Shown in pieces: positions 12,401 through 24,233 of a stretch of 64,000 nucleotides of DNA. The notes below the pieces were generated by a model. The model saw only the letters and a list, made by a program, of their open reading frames with translations, searched no databases and was not told the DNA's origin. A program made the translations under genes and the position numbers. The stretch lies in NCBI GenBank assembly GCA_030704615.1, contig CM060733.1, forward strand, positions 74,958,001-75,022,000, in the 5' to 3' direction. How positions within the stretch are numbered: the stretch's first letter is position 1; every line of letters begins with the position of its first letter. This DNA is from Takakia lepidozioides (lineage: Eukaryota > Plantae > Bryophyta).

Positions 12401-13332
12401 TGCGTCATATTTCATCCGACAGGGAGGGCTTCATCCGACATTTAATTGCGTAGTTGGGCATTAAATGTCCACCGCTGTCCGTTTTTATTCGGGCTGGCGA
12501 CACATGGCTTCCTCGATACGTACCCTAAATCTGATGCTAATCTTGGATTAACTTCTATTCGAGGCATGTACCCCAAAAAACTGAGATCTTTTTCCATTTT
12601 GGCTGGGACTTATGCTGCCTGAAGGGCGTGGCTCTCCTGAGAGAGACCTCACATCCAGACCGCGGCGGAAGTTGAAAGCTTTGTACTACGGACGACGGCC
12701 AATCTCTCGCATGGCCAAACTTAAGCTCCAGCAGGAGATTCCAGTGTCTTGCTCACAACCCGCGCCAACTGAAGCCGAGTACTCTCAGGCAAGCCACTTT
12801 TGCTTTCGCTTTGTTCGCTTTCGCTTTGTTGTTTCGCTTTGTTGTTTCGCTTTGTTTTTGCATCTTCATCCTGGCATCGCTGGAAGCGTATGGCTGCATC
12901 GCAAAAACAGCAGCTGTTGCGAAGAATGATCAAGGTCTGAGTGGTTAAAAATTAAGGAAATCCATGCTAAGCTGAGAAGATGAAGTGCCTTCAAAACATT
13001 TCACCCTGTTTTCCCGTCTTATGGAATTCCTGATCATTTGTTCATCGTGTTTCATATTACCGGTTGAGTGAACCTTAGATAGTTTGCAATGCGTGTGCAA
13101 AGCCGGCAGCTCTGGAGAAGGCTGCTTGTGCATGTCATTCTTAGGCATTGGTTGGATTTGTTTTCATTGTTGTTCCATGGCACTCCATACTTCCTAAACT
13201 TGTTTTGTTTTCATTGTTGTTCCACGATTGTTGCTATGGTGGTTGCACTGCTCGCTGCGATGCTGGTTTTGGCACCGATGTTGGTTCTGACGATTTTGGG
13301 AATGACAGAGTGACGACGAGCCCGGCACGCTG

Positions 13333-16300
13333 GTGGTATCATCAACCGCTCCAACTCATCGCATGTTTGAATCGCCCAACTTGGGGCGAGAGGGCAAACT
13401 TCAACCTTTTGTTGGTGGATGGGAGGACCTGCAGCGAGAGTACGACAGAATAGGCATTGGGGAGGTTGGTGCAGGCGGCATGGCAGGTGAAGGGCGTGAG
13501 GGCGTGAGGACAGCAGATCCGGCAATGGAGGTTGTTGATGCACATGCAGTAGGGCCCGCCCACGCAAAGAAGAAGAAGAAAGCTAAGCACATGCAATCCC
13601 CGGCGAGAGAGCCGTCACGGGCTGCGGAGGGGGGAGTGAGCGGTGCGCGCGAGGGTGTCAGTTCGCCTCAATCAAAGGTGGTCGTCCATCCGGGCTCCCC
13701 TGCTGCTAGCCCTAGTAAGAAACAGAAAGCCCGTGAGAGGGCAAAAGAGAGGGCAAAAGAACAGGCGAGACAAAATGCTAGCCAGGAGGAAAGAGAAAAG
13801 GCCACTGAAGAGGCCAGGGGTGCCCAAATGACAGATGCCAATGTAAGCGAGGGACGCACAGAGACGGTGGATCCCTCAAAGACACCACAAAGAGGCAGTA
13901 ACACACCGGTTAGACCATCGCGGGCAAGAGCAGCCCCTGCAATTACCCATACGGTGGAGAGTGGAGGAGAGGAAAGAACACCAAAAAGAGCACGGATTGT
14001 GTCAGTTCGAGGTGAAGCCGGGGAGAGGGCAGTACAGATGGGGAGAGTGCTCGAGGTGGTTTTGCCGGTGGCTGACCATGTTAAGGAGGACGACAGGGAG
14101 CTTTCTGACCAGGATGACATCCTCCCGGACATCCCCAGGCTCCAAACCCGCAGCATACAGGCTGGATTTGGCGGTCCTGGTGGGCTGCCGGAGAACCCCT
14201 CTGCAGCAGACGTCATGTCGGAGGCGGATATGAAGTTGGCCGCTGCCAAGATGTTGGAGGCAACCCACAGCAACATTGGCAGGGTGCTGGGGGGCATGGT
14301 GTACCCGGCCAAGCTTCGGATTCCCCTTTGCCGCTTGGTGTCATTGCAGGTGGTGGGACCTGCCCTCCCAGGCAATATCGACAAGCTGAAATTCTCTTTC
14401 CGGGATGGATATCGAATGGGGTCTGCCGCGTTTTACATTTCCATTGAGAACGACCACGGAGCGACCCGTGCCCACACTTCCGATGAGGTGGACAAATGGG
14501 GTCCCCATTGGCAAAGGCAAAATGAGGAGTTCGAGAGAACGATTGCTACTGATCCTCTTTTCCAGCACTTGTCCGGTAAGATGTTTTACGTGTGGGACGG
14601 CAATCATCGCCTCCTGGCATGGATGGAGCACATAGCCGAAGCCCACCCCAACGACCTCGATTGGCATTTCGCCGTGGAGTGTGTTGTGCTAAAGGTTGCG
14701 GGGCCCAAAGATCGCAGTCTTCTCAAAGCTGCAATGGCGGACATCAACTCGTAAGTTACAACGCCTCTTGCTTTTGGACCCATCCGATTGTAAGTCATTT
14801 CATTGCGAATCCTTATATTTGTTGTAAATTCCCATTTAAGAATTGTTTGATGGAAATGTGGCATTGCAGGGTGATTGAGAATGCCATTGCCACCAACTTG
14901 TCCCATATGCTCTTCCAAGTGAAGGATGTCGGGAAGCAGGGGGTGCAAGAGTTTGCCAATTCGCTCAGTGCCGACCTCCTGCGCAAGTCGGAGGCAAAGG
15001 CAGACAGAACCTGGTATAGGCTGAGCATGGACGCCATGGTGGACTACATATTTCGGGTAAAGCTCCTGACTGTTTTGTTGAGCTAATCTGTCTCTCCTCC
15101 CCCAATAGAAGAAAAAGTGTTGAGCAGGATCTCTAATCTTATGTGCGCATTCTTGACAGACGAGAATTCAGCAGGATTTGGCACATGCGCGGAGGTTCTA
15201 CATGGAGTCAGAGGAGAAGAATCTAACCCTCCTGGCACTCAAATCGTATCTCAAAGTTGCGGAGGTGAGGGCCCGCATAAAGTACAAGTCGTGGATGGTA
15301 AAGTACGTGGCCATAGCTGATCCCGCCCTTGGTGCCGACTTTCTGGTGGAGGTGGGGAAGCACTACTCCCGTGCTCTGAAGCCCACGATGACATTGGAGA
15401 AGCTCCATCGTCTAGCCACATCCTGTGTGGATGGTGCAGAAAAGGTGATGCATTCTTAACCAAATTGTGGTGGCAACAACTCGTTTTTGTGGTGTTTGGC
15501 GCTTACGAATATGCTTGGTGGTTGGACAGACCCGGTGCCTCCAAATCTGGAATGGTTCCCAAAGTACAAGGGACATGTGGAGCTTCCCCAAACCGGACAA
15601 ACTGTCTGACCCACATTCGACATGTGGATGAACCGCATGACATGGTGGTTTCACCGCATGACATGGTGGTTTCAGGTACTTCCCCACGCTTCGTTTGGCG
15701 CTTCTACTCTTGTAGGGGGTGGATTCATTGTATTTTTTCAGCAATGCGATCTGATGGAGAATCTCCACAGGTGACGACGAATGCGCAAGAGCAGCTGGAC
15801 ACACAAGCACATCAGTTCAAGATGGAGATTTCTCCTGTAGCAGAGAGCCTACGCGACTATGTGACGAGGTACTTTCTGCTCTACAAAACTGACCTATTCT
15901 TTCGGGAGATACCACATGCCCGCCGGAGCCACGAGTTCACCGACCAGCCGAACGCGGACAAAGCAGCAATGCGCCTTCTGTACAGGTACATACGCGATGC
16001 CTTCCTTTCAGTCCTTGCATTTTTCGCCGAATTTCCAGATCAGGGCTCCGAAAATGGCTAAGTCCCTAGGGTGGCTGGCCCTGAACTAGAAATTCGGCGC
16101 CATTTTTCCAGGTCAAGGCCATATGGGACTTAGCCATTTTCGGGCCGGAACTGTGAAAATGGCGCCGAATTTCCAGTCAGGGCTCCGAAAATGGCTAAGT
16201 CCCTAGGGTGGCTGGCCCTGAACTGGAAATTCGGCGCCATTTTTCCAGTTCTGGGCCCTATTGCCGTTCTGGGACTTGGCCATTTTCGGGCCGGACCTGG

Positions 16301-19269
16301 GAAAATGGCGCCGAATTTCCAGTCAGGGCTCCGAAAATGGCTAAGTCCTAGGGTGGCTGGCCCTGAACTGGAAATTCGGCGCCATTTTTCCAGTTCTGGG
16401 CCCTATTGCCCTTGTGGGACTTAGCCATTTTCGGGCCGGACCTGGGAAAATGGCGCCGAATTTCCAGTCAGGGCTCTGAAAATGGCTAAGTCCCTAGGGA
16501 GGCTGGCCCTGAACTGGAAATTCGGCGCCATTTTTCCAGTTCTGGGCCCTATTGCCGTTCTGGGACATAGCCATTTTCGGGCCGGACCTTGGAAAATGGC
16601 GCCGAATTTCAGGGCTCCGAAAATGGCTAAGTCCCTAGGGTGGCTGGCCCTGAACTGGAAATTCGGCGCCATTTTTCCAGTTCTAGGCCCTATTGCCGTT
16701 CTGGGACTTAGCCATCTTCGGGCCAAACTGGGAAAAATGGCGCCGAATTTCCAGTTCAGGGCTCCCAAGATGGCTAAGTCCCTAGGGTGGTAGTCACCGA
16801 AAACCGAAATTCGGCGCCATTTTTCCATTTCTAGGGCCACTCACATCCGCCCCAACCTGGGAAAATGGTGCCGAATTTGCAGTTCAGGGACCTCATTGTG
16901 TTTTTCATGAATGCAGGTACTGCAAGTTCTCCCTTTGGAGAAAGGTCATCTGTCTTTCGAGCCACCATTCTTCCTGGCATGGAGGAACCCTGGGGCTGAC
17001 TCCATGTACACTGACGATATTGTGAAGGAGTGGCATCTGGAACATTTGCGTGATTGCCCTTGGTATGTGGACCTTCCGCCTGACTCGCTCGACCCATCCG
17101 AGTTTCAATTGAAGCTGGATGCTGAGGCCCGACGAAACCGGGCTCTACTGCCTTCGCTGTGCAAAAGAGGCAAAAGCGCTTGCGAACTCCAGGAAAGCGA
17201 CAGAGCTTGCTCAGGCAGGAATTCAGGAGAAATTGAATGAGAAGAGTAAAGGCCAAAGGAAAAGGACAAGGAAACAAGTGAGTGCAGTAACACCCAAAAA
17301 ACAAAAAACCATCGGGGCATCGGAGGAGGCGCAGGAGGGGACCCAAGAGAGTGACTCGGACGACGACTTTGTTCAAGGTCCTGCGACTGCTGTTGCTGCT
17401 ACCCAGTCACCGGTCGTCCGGGTTCCCAAGTCAGTTCGGAGTGGGACTGGCTCTGCCAAGAAGTTGGCATTTGAGGGCGAGCCTACATGGCGGTATTCGG
17501 CGGTGACATTTACGCACAGGCCAAAGCTAGAACCTCCAACCATCATCCAATGCGTCAATGAGAGCTTCCTTGACGCTCTCGCTGCCAGGGCGAAGAAGGT
17601 GGCACACAGCAAGTCTCTGGCGGAGCAGAAGGGGAAAGCCAAGAAGAGGGCTGTCGGTACAGAGCCTAAAGACACCCCTGGTTTTGAAGCCATGATGGAA
17701 TTCTTCACGGCTGTGAGCACGGATTGCAAGAGCACTCGGGGGGGGGGGGGTTGAGGTGGAGAGAGCTTGCGACATGATTCTCCTCGACATTCCAGATGGG
17801 GAGCTGCTGGAGGGCCTGGATGGTGTGCCCACTTGGAACAGGTTTACTGAGGACTACTGGAAAGCCGGGTTTGGGCTGGCGGGGATGCTTCTGGATGACG
17901 GTGGATGTGTGGTTGTCCTTGCCACAAGAGGGAAGACCACAGAGAATGCGGTGGCAAGGTGGACACCGAAAAGTGTCACCCCGGTCCTCCTAAGAAAATG
18001 GTTCTGCATCAATACACAGGGGTTGCGAACAGAGGGCCAAAGTGTAAGTTATCAATCTATTGCATTCACCTCATATTGTGGTGTATCTAAACAAGATCCC
18101 GGAGTTGATCCCTCTTTTGTTGGATGTGCAGACATTGGTGTTTGAGGCATATTGCTTTGTGAAGAGAGGGTCTACGTTCAATCCGCAACGACGGTCGTCT
18201 TGTTGATGCCGCTGTGGACCCTGTTACCTACGATGTCCTCTACAACTATGTGCCCCACTCCAGTATGCCGAAGGACACAAAGACAGGCAAACCGTGGCGG
18301 TACAGCCGGACCCAGAGCCCTGCTTTCATCCAAACCCTCATGGAGACGTGCTCGGATGTCCAAGGGCGGATTCTGGACCTCACATGCGGCACGGGTAAGC
18401 CTTCACGTGCTCAGTTTGTCCCCTGGCCCGATTGCAATTGCATGCCGCAAGCTATTAACCACCCGCTTTGTTCCTCAGGTGCTTCAATGTGGGCAGGGAC
18501 GTTGTCCGACAGGCATGTGTTCGCCTTCGAGCCAGATACTGCCCTCCACAACTCGGAACTTGCAGCGGCTGAACGTCTGCCGAAAGAGGAGGAGGCATCC
18601 TCGGAGGATGAGGAAAAATCCGAGAAGGAGCAGGGGGAGGAACAAGTTGGGATCAAGGCCGAGGAGCCCCCGGTGTACGAGTGAGTGGTCGCATTGTAAG
18701 TTGCCTCCAGATTTCGTGAGGCACCTCCCTTTGCCCTCTTATTTCATTGAAAACCCTTTCTGCTTCTGCTGGTATTGACATTCTTGAAGTGGATTTGTTC
18801 TTACTGTAGGATGCCAAGTACGGCAGGAGGGACGTCTACACCGGAGTTCATGGGCAGGAGGAACGTGCTTTTTTTTGCCAGGGGGGATTTCATGCCTAGT
18901 CCAGAAAGGGACTACATCCTTCCTACTTATGCTGCCCGGCTTGCTTCGGTGTCCATTAGGAGGTGTTCCGAACCTAGTCGTGTACAGCAGATTTTAGACG
19001 AGGCAAGCCTCAAGAAAATGAAGATGAGGGAGGAGGCAACAGCTATTAGAGCCCGTCGGGCTCGTAGATTTGTCTTGGATTCTGCTGAGGAAAGTGGGGG
19101 AGAAGAGGCAGAAGATTCCCAGGAGGTGAGGTGGACAGTCCCCCAAGGAGAGGACGACATTTTTGAGAGGCATACTGCAACCGATGCATCACAGAGCTCG
19201 GAGGATGGGGGGGATGAGGGGGATGAGGAAGAAGGAGGGCCAAGTTCCTCGGAAGGTGTAGGAGAGTAG
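13333..19269 (+). pseudogene. Multi-exon ParB/Srx-like domain + beta-class amino-DNA-methyltransferase-like fusion gene (family 1)
   Basis: ParB-like IPLCRL...FYVWDGNHRLLAW (about 14320-14620). GT-AG introns at 14751-14869, 15057-15159 and about 15986-16917. MTase-like DMILLDIPDG (about 17770-17800), TQSPAFIQTLMETCSDVQGRILDLTCGTG (about 18310-18393) and FAFEPD. Apparent frameshifts at about 17160 and at the poly-G at 17737-17750. The start codon is uncertain. Confidence 0.75.
16010..16890. repeat. Intronic array of about 6 x 145-bp units, each with two oppositely oriented GGCGCC-core palindromes
   Basis: Unit starts at about 16045, 16181, 16327, 16472, 16613 and 16760. Confidence 0.9.
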
Positions 19270-19487
19270 TTCCCATTCCTGCTATGACAGTTAGGACACA
19301 CTTGTATAGACGTGGCTTGCCACCAAATTTGCAATAAAATGTTGCATTTCATTGCTATGACGAGTCCACATGACCCTATTTCCGTGCCTCCTAACCCTAT
19401 TTCCGTGGACACAATTCGGCCCGCTCATGTTTTTTTTTTTTCCGCTCATGCTCATGCCGCTCATGATATAGCAGCCCCCCTCCAATA

Positions 19488-20016
19488 TGCTTCCAATTAT
19501 ATAATATGTGTGCTCTCTTTGGCAATTTTATGGAGCTCATGCATCATTGGTCTTGTGGATGTCTACATGTGCTTCTTTCCAATGTTATCCGAACTGTCAA
19601 TGTCATTTGGGGAGGGTCGGGGTGTTCCTATGTCGTCATGTATGCCACTGAAGTTGTGAGGTTAGTTTGTCGTCCTTGTAATTGTAATTGTCAAAATTAC
19701 AGTATTAATTGCAGATTATTGTGGAATGGACGCCACAGTTGTGGGCTTATTTCCCGTTTCGGGTGTTTCATGGTAGTCTTCATGTTATTCACCAAATTAT
19801 TGCCCAAGTTAATCCCACGGTCATAGGACCCTCGGGAATAGGCTCCTTATGCTTCTGCTGACGTGGCGGATGCTGACGTGGTGCCACATCAGCACCCAAC
19901 TCCATGTCAGCTTGCTGACATCAGGCTCACGCCACGTCAGCAGGACTGTGTGCTCACGAAACCTCTGCAGCCGTGAGCGTACGCTCACGCGCAAGGCTCA
20001 CGCCGTTGCGTCGTTA
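19488..20016. mobile_element. Displaced transposase-side terminus of the family-2 element
   Basis: CGTGAGC..CGCTCACGC..AGGCTCACGCCG plus 11 nt matches 47638-47687. The flank TCTTCAGAC (20017-20025) is the exact reverse complement of GTCTGAAGA (47688-47696). Confidence 0.8.
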
Positions 20017-20190
20017 TCTTCAGACTCTACCATCTCACCTCAGCCTCATGCTCTTCTTGGACTCCAAACTGTTGTCAGTGAAGATGTGAGCCTCCATTCG
20101 CATCCTTTCTTCCCTAGAGGTGATCATGTTCCAATCCAAACACAAGAAGCGAATATGCAACTGAACAAACAATGTTCCAATGATTCAGAT
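20017..20190 (-). pseudogene. Ty3/Gypsy pol fragment, upstream continuation of 47688-48355
   Basis: The minus strand reads DWNMITSREERMRM...QEEHEAEVRW*SLK, homologous to DWNQVVTQEEGQRM...QEEEMESRWRSLKSRL in ORF 26842-30345. Confidence 0.75.
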
Positions 20191-20191
20191 A

Positions 20192-22170
20192 GCCTTGTCC
20201 AGGGCTCGATGCACCCACATTTTGCATACATGTCCACCAGGGTATGGTTCAGGATGACATTTAGTACAATTCCAGCTCTGAAGATGTCACCATGGCTCTT
20301 TCCCTTTTTCCAGAGCTGCCAGGGCAGTATTCAGAATGACATTTGGTACAATTCCAGCTTTGATGATATACCCATGCATCTCTTAGCCCTTGTCCAGGGC
20401 TCGATGCACCCACATTTCGCATACATGTCCACCAGGGTATGGTTCAGAATGACATTTGGTACAATTCCAGCTCCGAAGATGTCGCCATGGACCTCTTTCC
20501 TCTTTTCCAGAGCTGCCAGGGCAGTATTCAGAATGACATTTGGTACAATTCCAGCTTTGATGATATCCCCATGCATCTCTTTGCCCTTGTCCAGGGCTCG
20601 ATGCACCCACATTTTGCATACATGTCCACCAAGGTATGGTTCAAAATGGCATTTGGTACAGTTCCTGCTCCGAAGATGTCGCCATGGACCTCTTTCCCCT
20701 TTTCCAGAGCTGCCTGCAGGGTAGTGTTCATAATGACATTTGGTACAATTCCAGCTTTGATGATATCCCCATGCATCTCTTTGCCCTTGCCCAGGGCTAG
20801 ATGCACCCACATTTTGCATACATGTCCACCAGGGTATGGTTCAGAATGTCATTTGGAACAATTTCAGCTCCGAAGATGTCGCCATGGACCTCTTTCCCCT
20901 TTTCCAGAGCTGCCAACGCAGTATTCAGAATGACATTTGGTACAATTCCAGCTTTGATGATATACCCATGCATCTCTTAGCCCTTGTCTAGGGCTCGATG
21001 CACCCACATTTCGCATACATGTCCACCAGGGTATGGTTCAGAATGACATTTGGTACAATTCCAGCTCCGAAGATGTCGCCATGGACCTCTTTCCTCTTTT
21101 CCAGAGCTGCCAGGGCAGTATTCAGAATGACATTTGGTACAATTCCAGCTTTGATGATATCCCCATGCATCTCTTTGCCCTTGTCCAGGGCTCGATGCAC
21201 CCACATTTTGCATACATGTCCACCAAGGTATGGTTCAAAATGGCATTTGGTACAGTTCCTGCTCCGAAGATGTCGCCATGGACCTCTTTCCCCTTTTCCA
21301 GAGCTGCCTGCAGGGTAGTGTTCATAATGACATTTGGTACAATTCCAGCTTTGATGATATCCCCATGCATCTCTTTGCCCTTGCCCAGGGCTAGATGCAC
21401 CCACATTTTGCATACATGTCCACCAGGGTATGGTTCAGAATGTCATTTGGAACAATTTCAGCTCCGAAGATGTCGCCATGGACCTCTTTCCCCTTTTCCA
21501 GAGCTGCCAGGGCAGTATTCAGAATGACATTTGGTACAATTCCAGCTTTGATGATATACCCATGCATCTCTTAGCCCTTGTCCAGGGCTCGATGCACCCA
21601 CATTTCGCATACATGTCCACCAGGGTATGGTTCAGAATGACATTTGGTACAATTCCAGCTCCGAAGATGTCGCCATGGACCTCTTTCCTCTTTTCCAGAG
21701 CTGCCAGGGCAGTATTCAGAATGACATTTGGTACAATTCCAGCTTTGATGATATCCCCATGCACCTCTTTGCCCTTGTCCAGGGCTCGATGCACCCACAT
21801 TTTGCATACATGTCCACCAAGGTATGGTTCGGAATGGCATTTGGTACAATTCCAGCTCCGAAGATGTCGCCATGGACCTCTTTCCCCTTTTCCAGAGCTG
21901 CCAGGGCAGTGTTCATAATGACATTTGGTACTATTCCAGCTTTGATGATATCCCCATGCACCTCTTTGCCCTTGTCCAGGGCTCGATGCACCCACATTTT
22001 GTATACATGTCCACCAGGGTATGGTTCAAAATGACATTTGGTACAATTCCAGCTCTAAAGATGTCGCCATGGACCTCTTTCCCCTTTTCCAGAGCTGCCA
22101 GGGCAGTGTTCATAATGCCATTTGGTACAATTCCAGCTTTGATGATATCCCCATGCACCTCTTTGCCCTT
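20192..22170. repeat. About 10 x 197-200-bp tandem repeat derived from PPR coding sequence, with a 594-bp higher-order unit
   Basis: Identical ORFs recur at 594-bp spacing (20383/20977, 20528/21122). Confidence 0.9.
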
Positions 22171-23345
22171 GTGCAGGGCTGCCAGGCTTGCACAAGCACT
22201 GCAAATGCACACAAACATGATGTGGTTGGGCTTCACCCCTTCCCCCATCATTTGATCATAGGTCTCCAAAGCCTCCATCTCACGTCCCTGTTCTGCATAC
22301 CGTGCAAGCATCGCACTCCACGACACCACATCTCGTTCAGCCATAGTGTCAAAAACTCCCTTTGCATCCTCAATGCATCCACATTTGGCATACATGTCCA
22401 AGTCAGGGCAATGTTCAGAATGACATCTGGTGCAATTCCAGCTTTGACCGATGTCACCATGGACCTCTTTCCCCTTTTCCAGGCTTGCACACGCATTGCA
22501 AAGACAAACAAACGTGATATGGTTGGGCTTCACCCCTTCGTACATCATTTGCTCACAGGTCTCCAAAACATTCGTACCACGCCCATGCTTGGTAATCTTA
22601 CCAACATTATATTCCACGTGATCAAAGATCGTTAAGGCATTCTGTGTTGAACACTTGGTGATCATCCATGATGCTCCCCTTAACATCCATGTTGACAAGG
22701 GTGTTGAGTAGAAAAACGTTCGACGTGAATCCACTGTGGACAATGTGAGTGTGCACCTGCTTTCCAGCTTCCAGGCTTTTCATCTTGATGCACTTATGCA
22801 AGAGACACACATACATATCTACATCTGCTGAAATGCCTCCTTGTTTAAAGTCTGTAGAGCCTCTTTCGGTCTGCCTGCCTCATAAAGCATCTTCACATGC
22901 CCATAAGTGCCAGAAGAGGCATTGTGGACTCCCTCTCTTGATCCTCTTCCAGAAGCTTGGTCATGGTTGAGGTGCCTGATTTTATCAACTGTGCCGCTAC
23001 GCTTCCAGCTGGCCATCTACCCATGGAGGTTTCTTGTAGCTATCCTTCCACAGGGAACCATAGGTAATTTGGAGCTTGAAATCCGACCCTCTTGGATGAA
23101 TATGGACCCACACTCTATCCTGCTCCTTCAGCTATCACTACCTCTGCACAAATCATGCATACATCCTTGCCTTGCTGCCAATGCGATCATCACACTCCAC
23201 GACACCACATCACGTTGAGCCGCAGTAGTCGAACACTACCTTTGCATCTTCAATGCTCCCGCATTCGGCATACATGTCCACCAGGGCGGTGTTCAGAATG
23301 ACAAACCCTACAATTCCAGCTTTCACGATGTCACCATGGACCTTC
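20192..23345 (-). pseudogene. PLS-class pentatricopeptide repeat (PPR) pseudogene
   Basis: MYAKCGCIEDAKGVFDTMAERDVVSWSAML, GVKPNHITFVCLCNACASL, GKQVHTHIVHSGFTSNVFLLNTLVNM; many frameshifts. Confidence 0.9.
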
Positions 23346-23758
23346 CATGTCACTTCCAGGTGGGGGCAGTACATATTAAAATATGCAAGCCCCCAAGGCC
23401 AGATTTTGTTTGCCTGTTCTTGTGAAACACACGTCAACAAATGTGCCCCCAATCACGGGTGCAATCAATGCGCAGTGGTTCATGGAGTCGTTGAGTCGAT
23501 TACATATTGACTTTAATGAATAAATATGTTTATTCCATTAATCGAATTCGGAATGTAAATTTCTAGTCGCATGTGGAGTAATGTATTTTCTGCTTTTTAA
23601 ATTTTTGTGTATTTACATAATTAATTAAATAGCCGCGATTATTGCTACAACTCCGGAGTCATTGACCCAACTTCTATCCGCCGTCTGAAATGCCCCCGTG
23701 GGCCTTCATTGTCCGTTTCGATCTGTAGTAGTCCCGTGTACTGCCAAGTGGTTCCCGG

Positions 23759-24211
23759 ATGCTTCTATCTCTTGGAATTGATCATCACTACGAGAGAGGC
23801 GGCACCGCTTCTTTCTACACAGAATACCAAGCAGAGGCGTCTTAATGCCGCTTCCTAAGCCAAGCAAGATCCCACCGCGCAGGTACAACCTCCTAACACA
23901 GGCTGCCCTGCCGACACCACTGCTTGCAACAGCCGCTACGAGCCATCCGTCATCTTCCTCTTCGTTTTTCTCAACCCGCGATCTTTTAGGTCAAGAACCA
24001 GTGATGAAAACGTTCATCGCATGGATGAAAATGTGTACCGTCATGACTTAGCCATTTTCTCCTGGCAAAGCATAAGTTCAGTGCGCTCATGAAATTACCT
24101 ACATGAAGGGATACATCCTTTCTGCAGTTGGGATGACGGGCACTCCGTCATAGTGATGTAGGTCGTAATGGTAAACATATGTAATGTTCTGTCCCCTGCA
24201 TTCACACTACA
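23759..24211 (-). repeat. 453-bp inverted duplication, copy 2
   Basis: Reverse complement of 10049-10501. It ends in the 20-bp palindrome CACACTACATATGTAGTGTG (24203-24222). Confidence 0.95.
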
Positions 24212-24222
24212 TATGTAGTGTG

Positions 24223-24233
24223 TCTCCCTTTTT
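24223..24233 (-). promoter_or_regulatory. Polypurine tract of the Gypsy element
   Basis: AAAAAGGGAGA on the minus strand, overlapping and following the integrase stop codon. Confidence 0.6.

Larger units (their letters stand above)
10649..19478 (+). mobile_element. ParB-MTase half of a family-1 two-gene Mutator-like element
   Basis: The repeat array is colinear with 63000-63550 (upstream of the family-1 transposase). The terminus TCCGCTCATG..TCATGATATAGC (19441-19478) matches 37142-37180. The flank CCTCCAATA (19479-19487) matches the reverse complement of 37181-37189 (CCTCCATTA) at 8/9. Confidence 0.75.

Noticed and set aside
10621-12464. Repetitive ORFs (MEIRRRISIH, WKFGAEFPS), also at 16.2-16.8 kb and 62.7-64 kb
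   Set aside because: The same peptides appear on both strands because the DNA is palindromic; they are translation artefacts.
13333-19269. Bacterial contamination as the source of the ParB/MTase motifs
   Set aside because: The motifs are split by GT-AG introns and embedded among plant TEs, PPR sequence and a plant gene.
23724-24211. 488-bp solo LTR (TGTAGT..ACTACA) or 3' LTR of the Gypsy
   Set aside because: No matching TSD and no copy next to the PBS. It is better explained as an inversion-breakpoint duplication, though an LTR origin is not excluded.
10049-24211. One giant element with 453-bp TIRs, or a DIRS element
   Set aside because: No TSD and no tyrosine recombinase; the interior consists of halves of elements whose partners lie outside.
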